From a virus (Duplodnaviria > Caudoviricetes), in IMG/VR virus record IMGVR_UViG_3300025724_000001, positions 32,001 through 96,000 of that record: a DNA stretch of 64,000 nt; one strand, written 5' to 3'. The translations under genes were made by a program, and so were the position numbers. A model generated the notes under the pieces. That model saw only the letters and a list, made by a program, of their open reading frames with translations, had not been told where the DNA came from and ran no database searches. This document shows, in pieces, positions 10,470 to 21,600 of this stretch (its first letter is position 1; every line of letters starts with the position of its first letter).

Positions 10470-10498
10470 AATCGCGATAATTTCGCGATTTTTTTTTT
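10470..10498 (+). terminator. Intrinsic terminator
   Basis: AATCGCGA-taatt-TCGCGATT followed by a T run. Confidence 0.85.
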
Positions 10499-10503
10499 CT
10501 TAA

Positions 10504-10510
10504 TATTTAT
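10504..10510 (+). promoter_or_regulatory. Putative late promoter TATTTAT, 5 nt before ATG
   Basis: Directly after a terminator, ahead of the baseplate operon. Confidence 0.6.
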
Positions 10511-10515
10511 GAAAT

Positions 10516-10968
10516 ATGGCAACTACTTATGGTATAGATTATCCATTTAGGGATAGTGCGATCGGAAATTATGTAAAGATGACTTCAACTCCTGAAAGGG
10601 AAGTACGGGCAAATCTTATACATTTATTATTGACAAGAAAAGGTAGTAGATATTTTCTTCCTGATTTTGGTACAAGATTATATGAATATATTTTTGATCA
10701 AAATGATATTGTGACATTTAATAATATTGAGGATGAAATACGAGAGGGCGTGCGAAAATATATTCCGAATTTGGATATAAATTCAATAAATATAATGCCA
10801 GCTGAAGAAGATCCTGAAACTCCATCAATGCCGGCTGAAGATGAGGATAAAAGATTATTTCGAATTGCAGATAATGCTGCAAAACCATATACGGCTAGGG
10901 TAAAAATAGATTATACAGTTAATAACGGAACATTTTCATCGTCCGATTTTGTAATTATTAATATATAA
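10516..10968 (+). CDS. Baseplate wedge subunit, T4 gp25/GPW family
   Basis: GIDYPF...NLIHLLLTRKGSRYFLPDFGT signature. Confidence 0.9.
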   Translation: MATTYGIDYPFRDSAIGNYVKMTSTPEREVRANLIHLLLTRKGSRYFLPDFGTRLYEYIFDQNDIVTFNNIEDEIREGVRKYIPNLDINSINIMPAEEDPETPSMPAEDEDKRLFRIADNAAKPYTARVKIDYTVNNGTFSSSDFVIINI

Positions 10969-11651
10969 TGAGCAGACTTAAATTATATGATATTGTGTGT
11001 GAATCGAGGGATATGTTTGAGGGATTCGATGAAACTGAATTAACTGAAGAGTATCCAACTGATTTTGATATCTCTAAATTTAAAATTTTACCATCATATG
11101 CGGCTAAATTGAGATATGCTGAAGAACATTTGGGGAAACCAATAGGGAGGGGTTCGTCACGAGTAGTTTATCGTGTTGACGAGAATAAAGTTCTTAAATT
11201 GGCAAAGAATCGACGAGGTGTTGCACAAAATGAAGTTGAAATTGATTGGGCGGGTGATGGTTATTATGAAAGTATTGTTGCAAATATTTTTGATTTTGAT
11301 CGTTATGATCATTTATGGGTTGAAATGGAGTTGGCAATTAGAGCTAAACCAACAGATTTTAGAAGATTGTGGGGTGTGGAACAACAATATTTGGATTTAT
11401 ATCTATTAAACAAAGACGTTGAAAATCGGGGACGTCGTTCTCCATTTTATTTGGATGAACCAATACAGAAGAAATTAGATGAAAATGATAATGTACAATT
11501 ATTAATTTCATTTATGTTGGATTCAGATTCACCAGCAAATGATTTGGGACGAATAAGTTCATGGGGAATTGTAAAAAGAAACGGAAAAGATCATTTGGTT
11601 TTAATTGATTTTGGGCTAACAAATGAGGTTTATGATACATATTATCATTAA
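10968..11651 (+). CDS. Protein kinase-like protein
   Basis: Gly loop IGRGSSRVVY, VLKLA lysine, NEVE glutamate, NDLGRISSWG catalytic loop, LIDFG. Confidence 0.75.
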   Translation: MSRLKLYDIVCESRDMFEGFDETELTEEYPTDFDISKFKILPSYAAKLRYAEEHLGKPIGRGSSRVVYRVDENKVLKLAKNRRGVAQNEVEIDWAGDGYYESIVANIFDFDRYDHLWVEMELAIRAKPTDFRRLWGVEQQYLDLYLLNKDVENRGRRSPFYLDEPIQKKLDENDNVQLLISFMLDSDSPANDLGRISSWGIVKRNGKDHLVLIDFGLTNEVYDTYYH

Positions 11652-11662
11652 AAATAAATAAA

Positions 11663-13495
11663 ATGTCAAAACAAATAACATACGCAACAAGAGATTTTGC
11701 CGGACTTCGAGATGAGCTGGTTAAATTAACGAAGCAATATTATCCTGATTTAATTTCAAATTTCAATGATGCTTCGATTTATTCTGTATTGATGGATTTA
11801 AATGCTGCGGTTGCAGATAATTTACATTTTCACATAGATAGAGTTTGGCAAGAGACTATGTTGGATTTTGCACAACAAAGACAATCATTATTTCATATAG
11901 CCAAAACGTATGGTCTAAAAATACCCGGTCCTAGACCGTCTGTTGCTTTATGTGATTTTAGTATAAATGTACCGGTAAGAGGCGATAAAGATGATGAAAG
12001 ATATGAAGGTGTTTTAAAAGCTGGCTCTCAAATATCTGGTGGTGGTCAAGTTTTTGAAATTGTTGAAGATGTTGATTTTTCAAGTCCATTTAATAGTAGA
12101 GGAGAATCAAATAGGCTTAAATTACCAAATTTTGATAATAATAATAAATTAATTTCATATACAATAGTAAAACGGGAAGCTGTTATTAATGGTGTTTCAA
12201 GAATATATAGAAAAGTAATTACAGATTTGGATCAAAAACCATTTTTAAAACTATATCTTCCTGAGCGAAATGTTTTGGGCGTTACTGCTGTTATTCACAA
12301 AGACGGTACTGGATATGGTGCAAATCCAACATCAGATGAATTTATGTTATCAAAAAATAAATGGTATGAGGTGAAGTCGTTAATTGAGGACAAAGTATTT
12401 ATTCAAAATCCAACAGCTGCTTCAGATAGAGATAATTTTAAAGCCGGTGATTGGGTAAATGTTACTAAAAAGTTTTATACGGAATACACTCCAGAGGGAT
12501 ATTTTTCATTAACATTTGGTTCGGGGAATGTGGATCCTATGACAAATTTGGATAATTACATGACAAGAAATTTAAGAGTTAATCTTGCGACATTTTTAAA
12601 TAATACATCATTAGGTGAAATACCAAAATCAAACACAACATTATTTGTTAAGTATCGTGTTGGTGGTGGTAAAGAGACGAATATTGGAGTCAATGTTCTT
12701 ACTGTAATGGATACTTATGAATTAATTGTAAACGGTCCAAATTCGTCAATAAATACCCAAGTAAGTCAGTCAATTCGTGTAACAAATATAACACCAGCTA
12801 TTGGTGGGTCAGACATTCCCACAATAGAGGAAATAAGAAATATGATAGCATATAACTTTTCAGCACAAAATAGGGCAGTTACGTTAAATGATTATAAATC
12901 GTTAATTGAAAATATGCCAAGTACATATGGTGCACCAGCAAAGGTGAGTGTTATGGAAGAGGATAATAAAGTGAAAATAACGTTGTTATCTTATGATGAA
13001 AACGGGGCGTTAATTGAGACAGTTTCTAACACATTAAAACATAATATTTTAAATTATCTTTCTAATTATAGGATGTTAAATGATTATATTGACATTCAAA
13101 GTGGTGAGGTCATTGATTTGGGGTTAGAAATTGATTTAGTTATTAATAAAAATGAAATTTCTACAGAAATATTAAAATCGATAATAGAACAAACAATATC
13201 ATTCTTTTCGATATCAAAAAGAAAAATGGGAGATCCGTTATTTGTTGGAGATTTAATGAGGGAAATTGGTAATGTTACGGGCGTTGTTAACGTGGTGGAT
13301 ATTAGGGTATTTAATAAAGTGGGTGGTAAATATTCATCAAGTGAGGTTGTTCAAGCTTATGTTGATAATGAAACTAAAGAAATACAACAATCAGATAGTA
13401 CAATTTATATGAAGTCCAATCAAATATTTCAGATTAGATTTCCTAATACAGATATAAAAATTCGTACTAAAAATCTCACTTCAGCTACATATTAA
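11663..13495 (+). CDS. Baseplate wedge protein, T4 gp6/baseplate J-like
   Basis: RDFAGLR..L, LTFGSG, YRVGGG..N, AIGGSD, AQNRAVTLNDY. Confidence 0.9.
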   Translation: MSKQITYATRDFAGLRDELVKLTKQYYPDLISNFNDASIYSVLMDLNAAVADNLHFHIDRVWQETMLDFAQQRQSLFHIAKTYGLKIPGPRPSVALCDFSINVPVRGDKDDERYEGVLKAGSQISGGGQVFEIVEDVDFSSPFNSRGESNRLKLPNFDNNNKLISYTIVKREAVINGVSRIYRKVITDLDQKPFLKLYLPERNVLGVTAVIHKDGTGYGANPTSDEFMLSKNKWYEVKSLIEDKVFIQNPTAASDRDNFKAGDWVNVTKKFYTEYTPEGYFSLTFGSGNVDPMTNLDNYMTRNLRVNLATFLNNTSLGEIPKSNTTLFVKYRVGGGKETNIGVNVLTVMDTYELIVNGPNSSINTQVSQSIRVTNITPAIGGSDIPTIEEIRNMIAYNFSAQNRAVTLNDYKSLIENMPSTYGAPAKVSVMEEDNKVKITLLSYDENGALIETVSNTLKHNILNYLSNYRMLNDYIDIQSGEVIDLGLEIDLVINKNEISTEILKSIIEQTISFFSISKRKMGDPLFVGDLMREIGNVTGVVNVVDIRVFNKVGGKYSSSEVVQAYVDNETKEIQQSDSTIYMKSNQIFQIRFPNTDIKIRTKNLTSATY

Positions 13496-13556
13496 TTTGT
13501 TTTTTGTTTATCTTTTAGAAAATTGTTTAGTTTCCTATTTATATTAGTAAAAGGTA

Positions 13557-16500
13557 ATGCAAAAACATAGAATACATACAGATATTGGCCGAGATCATAA
13601 AATAACTGTACAGATTTCTAGCACGTATGATTTAATGGAGATATTATCTCTTAAATTTTCTCAAAAAGACATATATGCCTCTGGAAAATGTTCAGATTAT
13701 GGTGTTGTTGTGGGTCGAGTCACAGCTAATAGTGGTTTTGGAATACCAAATGCTAAAGTTTCAATTTTTGTGCCTTTATCTGAAATGGATGAAAATGATC
13801 CAGTAATTTCTGCTCTTTATCCATATAAAGATATTAATGATAAAGATGTTAATGGGTATCGATATAATTTATTACCACAAAGAAAACAACATGGGGGACA
13901 TGCACCAACAGGTACCTTTATGGATCAACAAGATATTTTAACACGAGAAGAATGTCTTGAAGTTTTTGAAAAATATTACAATTATACGGTAAAAACAAAT
14001 GATTCTGGTGATTTTATGATATGGGGTGTTCCGATCGGGACACAGGTTTTACATATTGACATTGATTTGTCCGATATGGGTTGTTTTTCCTTGAGACCAT
14101 ATGACTTTATAAAAAAAGGATATGCTACTGATGATTTTGACAGAGTATATGCATTTAAATCAAGTTCTGATATAGATAGTTTACCACAAATTATAACATT
14201 TGATAAAACAATAGATGTTTATCCATTTTGGGGGAATGAGGAATTGTGTGAGATTGGTATTACTAGGACGGATTTTGATTTATCTGAAAGAAATATAAAA
14301 ATAGATCCAGTTGCTTTAATACTCGTTTCAACTATAACGGACGATACTAATGACGCTGTTAAGAGAAATGGGAGAATTAAAAAGAAATCCGGATATAAGT
14401 GTAATTTACAAACAATACCGGGTACTGTTGAGTGTGTTCGTTTTACTGGTAAGTCTGTAATAGGATCAGATGGAATAACAGAGTATCCGGAACTCGAATA
14501 TTTAAACATAACGGACACAATTAATGATGATGGCGTGGTAATGATAGCATTACCAATGAATTTAGATTATATATACACGAATGAATTCGGTGAACAAGAA
14601 ATAACAAACGATTCAAGTAAAGGAATACCAACATCGTCTATTGCAAGATTTAGATTTGACTTGGATTTTAATACATATAAACATGCAACGGCAAAATATC
14701 TTGTTCCAAATATTCGAGAATTTAATCCAAATAATAATGGAACGTCTAATGGTGTTTTAAGTGACAGTGCATTAAGATATGGTGTTCAGTATAGTGAAGG
14801 GATGCTGGCAACATACACCTTTTCGGATGTGTTTGAAGATTATATAAATGTCGTTCCACCAATATCAGGAATGACATTAAGTGATTTAAACTATGATACG
14901 GATGTAAAGGAACACAAAAAAGATTTAATGCTGGGCACGAACAACACACTTAGTCCCGGATCTCCTGAAGATTATTTTTATAAGTTCATTTCAAATAAAG
15001 TATATACTGTTTCGTCATTTCAAGGTACTCATTATGAAACGGCAAAAATACGAGACGCATTTTTAGGGATTAAAGAAATACAACCGAATGTTGAAGATGA
15101 TTGTGCATCAAACACGAATTATTTTCCAACGAATTTTGCGTTTAAGAATCGAACGAAATTTACATTATTATTATCACAAGTTTTATTATTCATACAATTT
15201 ATTTTTTCTGTAATAACAGTAAAATTTGCCGAAATTATTGGAAGAATAGCTTATAGTATTGGAAGAACATTTTTAAGTATCAATATTATGGGTGCTAAAG
15301 TTTTTCCAAAAGTTGGTCAACAACTTATTGATTTTTCTTATAGAACACAAGATAAATATACACAACAATTACCATTAACAATTTATCCTGATTGTGAGGA
15401 ATGTACGGCTGATGATGAAACATTAATTCAAGAATGGACATCATTTAGCGATAGATATTGTCGAATAGCGGAGGTTAAGTTTAAAGTTAACGTAACTCCT
15501 ATTATGGTAGAATTATCAGCAACGGTAGATCAATTACAAACAAGTGGTTCTACGGAACCTGGTGCCAATTTTTATTCGGTATCACCTAATGTGTTTTCTA
15601 GTTTATTGAGTGTGAATGTATATGATTCGTTTTATGGTGATTCTGCTCGGCAAAATACGGATTTGTGCTCGGGAACAACAGAAATGCATTACACACAATT
15701 AAGTGATTTACATAATATAACACTACCATCATCAAATGAACCGAGGTATGGCGCTGAAGTATATTCGTGGTCGTCAAATGTTACTGGAACAACAATAACT
15801 GGAATGACAAGTTTTAGTTCGTTTAGTGGATATTTTAAACCGATAAATAGTAATGAGCCCGAAAATATTGTGATACTTTCACTACCCATGGCTGCTATGT
15901 ATGTTTATTTTAGTAAAGAAGTATGGAATGAGTTAACTGGGATGGATTTTATCCATAATCCAGAACTTGAAGATGAAATATATGATTTATATGCTGTTAT
16001 TAGAATATATGATAGGGCTTTAGTTTCTGAGGAATTTCCGATTACTGGCGAAACAATAAATGTTGAAGTTGGATGTCAAAAATATGATAAATTATATAAT
16101 GAAAATATAATGTTTCAATATTTGTGGACAAATGATCCGGCTTTAGGTTATAATCCTTCATTACCAATTTTACCACCTAATTATTCAGATGATACCGGAT
16201 TTAATGAAAATCGTAATATGCCGTCAACACATCCGTATTTAGTTTCAACGATAATAGGTACAAATAGTACTAGACGATTACCATTTATGCATGATTTTAC
16301 GAGGTATTCAAAAAGACGAAATATTGGTATTCAATACTATGATAGAAAAACCAAATCTGGCTTAAGTGAATTTAGAGACGGATTATTTACAATAATACCC
16401 GTCATTCAGGGTAAGAGTTACAATTTAAAGGCTATTCAAGAATGGTATAGAAGAAAAAGAGTCGGTTTAACGTTTTGTGGTGGTGTTATTAATTATTCAT

Positions 16501-18665
16501 TTATTGATAATTGGATTCATGGTTTACTTTATTTCTTTAAATTCCATAAAAGAATTAGGTGGGATGATGAAAATAATTATGATTTAAATCAACGAGGATC
16601 AAAATATCCAAAAGAGCTTGTTTTTTATAATATTAGAGAAAAAGAGTTTTATTATAGATGTTGTCCTTATGTTTATGTAAACGAACAAGGAATTTTTACA
16701 GGACAAACATATATTCATGATGGACATAATGTACAGGAAATATTACACCCAACAACATTTTTTGATCTTGGTGTTCGAGATGAATTTTTATCTGAAATAT
16801 GTACTGAAGCAATATTTGATCCGACATGTTCTGTGGTAAGAGATATAACATCAACATCATATCAAGATCCGGGGGGTATTGTTGAACATGCAATTAATTA
16901 CCGATTAGATACTACTGGTGCGAAATTTAAAGTTGATGATTTTTTTAGTAACACTCATTATGGTTCAAATATAAAAGTTTTTGATGGTGATGTTACACAA
17001 TTATTATCAATTAATTGTGAAACGGGAATAGAAGCTTTTGATACAGATAGTCCACATTATTCAATGTACAATGGTGAGTATATGGATCCAGAATCACCAG
17101 AATTTGATAATTATTTTTGTTTTGGTTCATTGTTCGGGCCCACACCGATAGATTTTAAATTTGATTTTAATGGAAAACGTATAAGATTATGTTTGAATTA
17201 TAGGCTGGGTGATTTTACTCAAATTGTACCGTTTTATTTGTGGAATAAAAAAGGTGAGGGGTTTGGTCAATATGGGAATGATTCTGATAAACAAACATGG
17301 GATAGGACACAAATAGCCTCAATGCCATTACAACGAATATTTTCTATAAGTGATGTATCTGGTACTACAACAAATTATCTTATGGCGGACGGAGAAGAAG
17401 AATATCTTCTTAAACCGATGACTATAACCCATAACACATTTAGTATGACAGGTGCCACAGAAGATATGTTAGAAAGATTTGAGGTAATTAGTTTAGAACC
17501 ACCAAGCGATTTGAATAATACTATTGGATTTATTGAGGGTGATTTGTGGTTACAAGTTTTAACTTATAGCGGAAGTGATTATCGAAAAGATCCGATAACT
17601 GGTATAATATATGTCGTTGTTAATAAAATGTGGGTACCACAATTCAATAACATTTATGAAGATAATTACAGAGAGAATTTTATACCTCAAACAGCATTGA
17701 ATTATAGTGGTGAAAAACAAGTTCTTTCAACACCATTTTTATTTTATTTTGGTTTAAGGCCGGGCAAAACAGCACTCGATCTTCTAATAAAATCATTTGG
17801 TGATAGTGATGCGTTTATTTCGGATGAATTTGATGAATGCATTATTTCTGATATAATAACACCTACACCACCACCAACACCATCAATTTCGACACCTATA
17901 CCATCAATTTCGATTCCAATACCTTCAGCTTCACTTCCTACACCATCATCACTGCCACCTGATTATGTTACAGTTAATATATTAAATAATGCGTCATCAT
18001 CACTATCAATATCTGAATTATGGATTGGTGGAGAACAACAGCATCCGGATCCACCATCACCAGATTTCCCATATTATCCTGGTGATAGTGGTGTGTTAAT
18101 GTATTATGGTGGTGGGAGATACACAATTGTGGTGGTTATAAATGGGGTATATACAATACCATCATATTTGTCATTAGTCGATAGTAGTGGTGATGTCATT
18201 AATACGACTATAACTAATGAAGCATCTTTCCCATATAGTATTGTTCATTATGGTAGATTAGTAGTTAGTTCTGCACCTGTCACAATATCACTTAATGATG
18301 GTTATCAACCAGTACCATCACCAACACGAACACCATCAATAACAGTATCACGCTCATCTGGCGCGCCACCACCCTCGCCGACACCAACAGTAACACCGAC
18401 TCCGACACCTATTAGTGGGTATATATATGAGGTTATATCTTATGGTTGTTATGATGGTACTAATTGTGATCCACCATCAATGGAAACAGAATATATTATA
18501 AATGAAAATCCTTTAGATGAAGGAATGTATTATAAAGACGGTATTGAACAAAAAGTTTATTATATAATAAAAGAAGAAAGTGGTTTTTTAAATCCTAAAG
18601 TTACACATATTTCTGGATTTGGATATTCATCGTGTAATGGGGCTTGTCAAGAATTACCTGATTAA
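13557..18665 (+). CDS. Large baseplate/tail structural protein with N-terminal carboxypeptidase-regulatory-like domain and C-terminal accessory domains on T/P/S linkers
   Basis: VVGRV...GIPNAKVSI...TNDSGDF; position in baseplate module; TPTP linkers near 17860 and 18310. Confidence 0.7.
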   Translation: MQKHRIHTDIGRDHKITVQISSTYDLMEILSLKFSQKDIYASGKCSDYGVVVGRVTANSGFGIPNAKVSIFVPLSEMDENDPVISALYPYKDINDKDVNGYRYNLLPQRKQHGGHAPTGTFMDQQDILTREECLEVFEKYYNYTVKTNDSGDFMIWGVPIGTQVLHIDIDLSDMGCFSLRPYDFIKKGYATDDFDRVYAFKSSSDIDSLPQIITFDKTIDVYPFWGNEELCEIGITRTDFDLSERNIKIDPVALILVSTITDDTNDAVKRNGRIKKKSGYKCNLQTIPGTVECVRFTGKSVIGSDGITEYPELEYLNITDTINDDGVVMIALPMNLDYIYTNEFGEQEITNDSSKGIPTSSIARFRFDLDFNTYKHATAKYLVPNIREFNPNNNGTSNGVLSDSALRYGVQYSEGMLATYTFSDVFEDYINVVPPISGMTLSDLNYDTDVKEHKKDLMLGTNNTLSPGSPEDYFYKFISNKVYTVSSFQGTHYETAKIRDAFLGIKEIQPNVEDDCASNTNYFPTNFAFKNRTKFTLLLSQVLLFIQFIFSVITVKFAEIIGRIAYSIGRTFLSINIMGAKVFPKVGQQLIDFSYRTQDKYTQQLPLTIYPDCEECTADDETLIQEWTSFSDRYCRIAEVKFKVNVTPIMVELSATVDQLQTSGSTEPGANFYSVSPNVFSSLLSVNVYDSFYGDSARQNTDLCSGTTEMHYTQLSDLHNITLPSSNEPRYGAEVYSWSSNVTGTTITGMTSFSSFSGYFKPINSNEPENIVILSLPMAAMYVYFSKEVWNELTGMDFIHNPELEDEIYDLYAVIRIYDRALVSEEFPITGETINVEVGCQKYDKLYNENIMFQYLWTNDPALGYNPSLPILPPNYSDDTGFNENRNMPSTHPYLVSTIIGTNSTRRLPFMHDFTRYSKRRNIGIQYYDRKTKSGLSEFRDGLFTIIPVIQGKSYNLKAIQEWYRRKRVGLTFCGGVINYSFIDNWIHGLLYFFKFHKRIRWDDENNYDLNQRGSKYPKELVFYNIREKEFYYRCCPYVYVNEQGIFTGQTYIHDGHNVQEILHPTTFFDLGVRDEFLSEICTEAIFDPTCSVVRDITSTSYQDPGGIVEHAINYRLDTTGAKFKVDDFFSNTHYGSNIKVFDGDVTQLLSINCETGIEAFDTDSPHYSMYNGEYMDPESPEFDNYFCFGSLFGPTPIDFKFDFNGKRIRLCLNYRLGDFTQIVPFYLWNKKGEGFGQYGNDSDKQTWDRTQIASMPLQRIFSISDVSGTTTNYLMADGEEEYLLKPMTITHNTFSMTGATEDMLERFEVISLEPPSDLNNTIGFIEGDLWLQVLTYSGSDYRKDPITGIIYVVVNKMWVPQFNNIYEDNYRENFIPQTALNYSGEKQVLSTPFLFYFGLRPGKTALDLLIKSFGDSDAFISDEFDECIISDIITPTPPPTPSISTPIPSISIPIPSASLPTPSSLPPDYVTVNILNNASSSLSISELWIGGEQQHPDPPSPDFPYYPGDSGVLMYYGGGRYTIVVVINGVYTIPSYLSLVDSSGDVINTTITNEASFPYSIVHYGRLVVSSAPVTISLNDGYQPVPSPTRTPSITVSRSSGAPPPSPTPTVTPTPTPISGYIYEVISYGCYDGTNCDPPSMETEYIINENPLDEGMYYKDGIEQKVYYIIKEESGFLNPKVTHISGFGYSSCNGACQELPD

Positions 18666-18674
18666 ATTATGTAA

Positions 18675-21600
18675 ATGAAGAAAAAGAAGATCATATTACC
18701 AAAGCTAAGGTATGAAAACGCACCTGAAACAGATAGTCAAATTTCGATTGGATTCGAGTCTGATAAATCTCTTTTGAGAGGGGATGATAGGGATGTTGTT
18801 TTAAACTTATCTGAACAATTTACAGAAGAACGTGCAAATTGTAAACGATATAAGTTATATGGTAAGATGAGAATGGTTTTTAGAAACCTATATGCTGGTG
18901 CAACATCATATGATTATTTACGTGAAAGATTATCCTTAGTTAGTGATGGGTCGGATAATAATTTCTGTGGTTATCTACCATATAACGAATTTGCGTTTTT
19001 AAGAGATGATATATATTATGAAACCACCGAATCATTGTCGGTTACTTCATTGAGTGGATTTACAGGATTTACCATGGTTACAAGTGGTCCAACTGAACAT
19101 CAAACAATCACATCAGTTACAGCACCATATCACAACTGGAATCTTTATACGAGTTATATTTCGGGTCAAGTTGATAATTTTCCAATGAAATATACATTGT
19201 CTGGCCGAACAAAAATTGAGGGTGAAAATGTTATAACATTTACTAGTGGTGATGGTATACCATTTAGGGTTGAAGAGACTGAAATACATTATGTTTTAAC
19301 AAGTCCGGTACGACATGGAATTAGTCGGGGTGAATACATCTTGATTGATGGAAGGTATTATTATGTGAATTCAGTTGGTGACAACATATTTGATTCTGAA
19401 CATTATGTTATTAATATATTAAAATCACAGTTAAGTGGTGTTACTTTTAATCCGTTAGTTATTGGAAAACGTTGTATAGACATTAAAGATACTGAAAATT
19501 CCACGTCAAAATATTATGTACATAAACATACAATATTAACATCATTGGGTGATTGTATTATTGATAAAGTAGGATTTGAATCACCAATTTGGGAAGACGA
19601 GAAAAAAGTTTTATATGAAAATAGTGTGGGGGATAATGATGTTCTTGTTGTTCGAAATAGGATGGAAGCCGTGTTATTTGATTCATTGGAACCGTTTATT
19701 TTAACTGGAATAACAAATAATTTAGGCCACACACCGATAGAACTTTATACTACAATTATTTTTAGAAATGGAAACGGATATTTCGAATATCCACCAAAAG
19801 TTGGTTATTCGTTTCATATGCATGATTCATGGATAGATGAACATTTTGATGGTTCAAATTCAATTGAAACTGGGTTAACGTCAACGTCATTTACAAGAGA
19901 AGGTTTTGTATATCCATTTTTTTCTGGAAATTCATTATCTAAAGGTTCAGAATTATATGGGGCGTTTGTTGAATATAATCCGAAGGAATTAAAAGAAAGA
20001 ATAATATCAGAATCTTACCATAAAATTGTTAGTAATAAAAATATTTTTAATCATGGCCAAGATCTTGATGAGGTATTTTCTGGTGCAAGTGAAACGAATC
20101 AAATTGGACTTCTATATCAACCACATCATAGATTTAAGTTAAAGGAATTATCACCTTATATTGAAATAGCCGATGATAGTACACCAATATATAATCTTCC
20201 AGAAAACGCAAAGTATTTTCCTAATGAAAAACTTTGGAGGTGGCGAGATGTATATGAAGACGGATATATTGATCCAGATGGTTATGGTGTAGATCATCCA
20301 TATTTAAATAATATTCATTTTGTACATAAAGATATTAATTTTTATATAAGAAACGAAAAAATTTATAAAAATAAAAAAGATGGGGTTATTAATTTTTATA
20401 GGAGAAAGGATGTTGATGAATGTGTTGACGATTCGGTAATTATTAAACGTGGAGACGCCGAAATACCCGAACCATCTATATCGGTTTCCCCATCAGTGTC
20501 GTTAAGTGTAATGCCATCTATTACACCTACGCCAACATTATCTGTTAGCATATCTATAACACCATCAATATCGATGTCATCATCTCAAGGTACGTCGTCG
20601 ACACCGTCACCATCATTGTCATTAACAAGAACTCCGTCGGTTACTAGAACACCAACAATAACACGAACACCAACAATATCATTATCTGCAATTCCGAGTC
20701 AAACACCGAGTGTAACACCCACACAAATTTATCTTCAAATTTATTATATTGATCCGTCTGGTGTGGATGATGCTAGTCGTAGTGGTGGTGTGGGTGAAGA
20801 ATGGGCAACATTATCATATGCTACTAGTAGAGTAACAACACCCGGAAGTCTTATATATGTAAATGCAGGAACTTATTATGAAACATCACAAAGTAATTTA
20901 TCTGCGGGTGTTTCTATTGATGGCGCTGGTAGAACATCTTGTATATTAAGTGCAACAACATCTTTATCGTATTTTGTGTATGCCGCAAGTTCTGCTGGAA
21001 CAAATGGTAATCAATCAATTTCTAATGTAACGTTTGATTGTAATTTATTGGTTGATCGTGGAGTAAGATTTGCCGGTCGAAGTAATGTAACAGTACACGA
21101 TTGTGGTATTGATAATGCAATTTATTATGGATTAATTTTTTCGGATACAACAAGTAGAAGTGTTCATGTAGAACCAACATACTGGGCGACGAACAATAAT
21201 ATATATAATAATTATCTTGTTAATTGTGGTGGTGATAGATGGAATACGAATGATTCGTATTGGGAGGCATATGGTGCTATAGATATATCTGGTCAAGATG
21301 GAATGTTGATATATAATAATAATATCGATAATCAAACTGGTGGTAGATATGCTTATGGTATTAAGGGGTTGAGTTTTGGTGGTTATCATAAAGGATTAAA
21401 GATTTATAATAACAAAATAAGAACAAATATTAGAGATAATGTTGGTGAACAATCATTTGGTTTCAATTTAGAATTATGGACAGGTGTTGGTGGTATTGAA
21501 ATATATGATAATGATTTGAATGGTGCAATTGATATGGGTGGTTATGGTTATTGGGACGACTATTCATATGGATTTGCAATGAAAGTTCATCATAATACTA

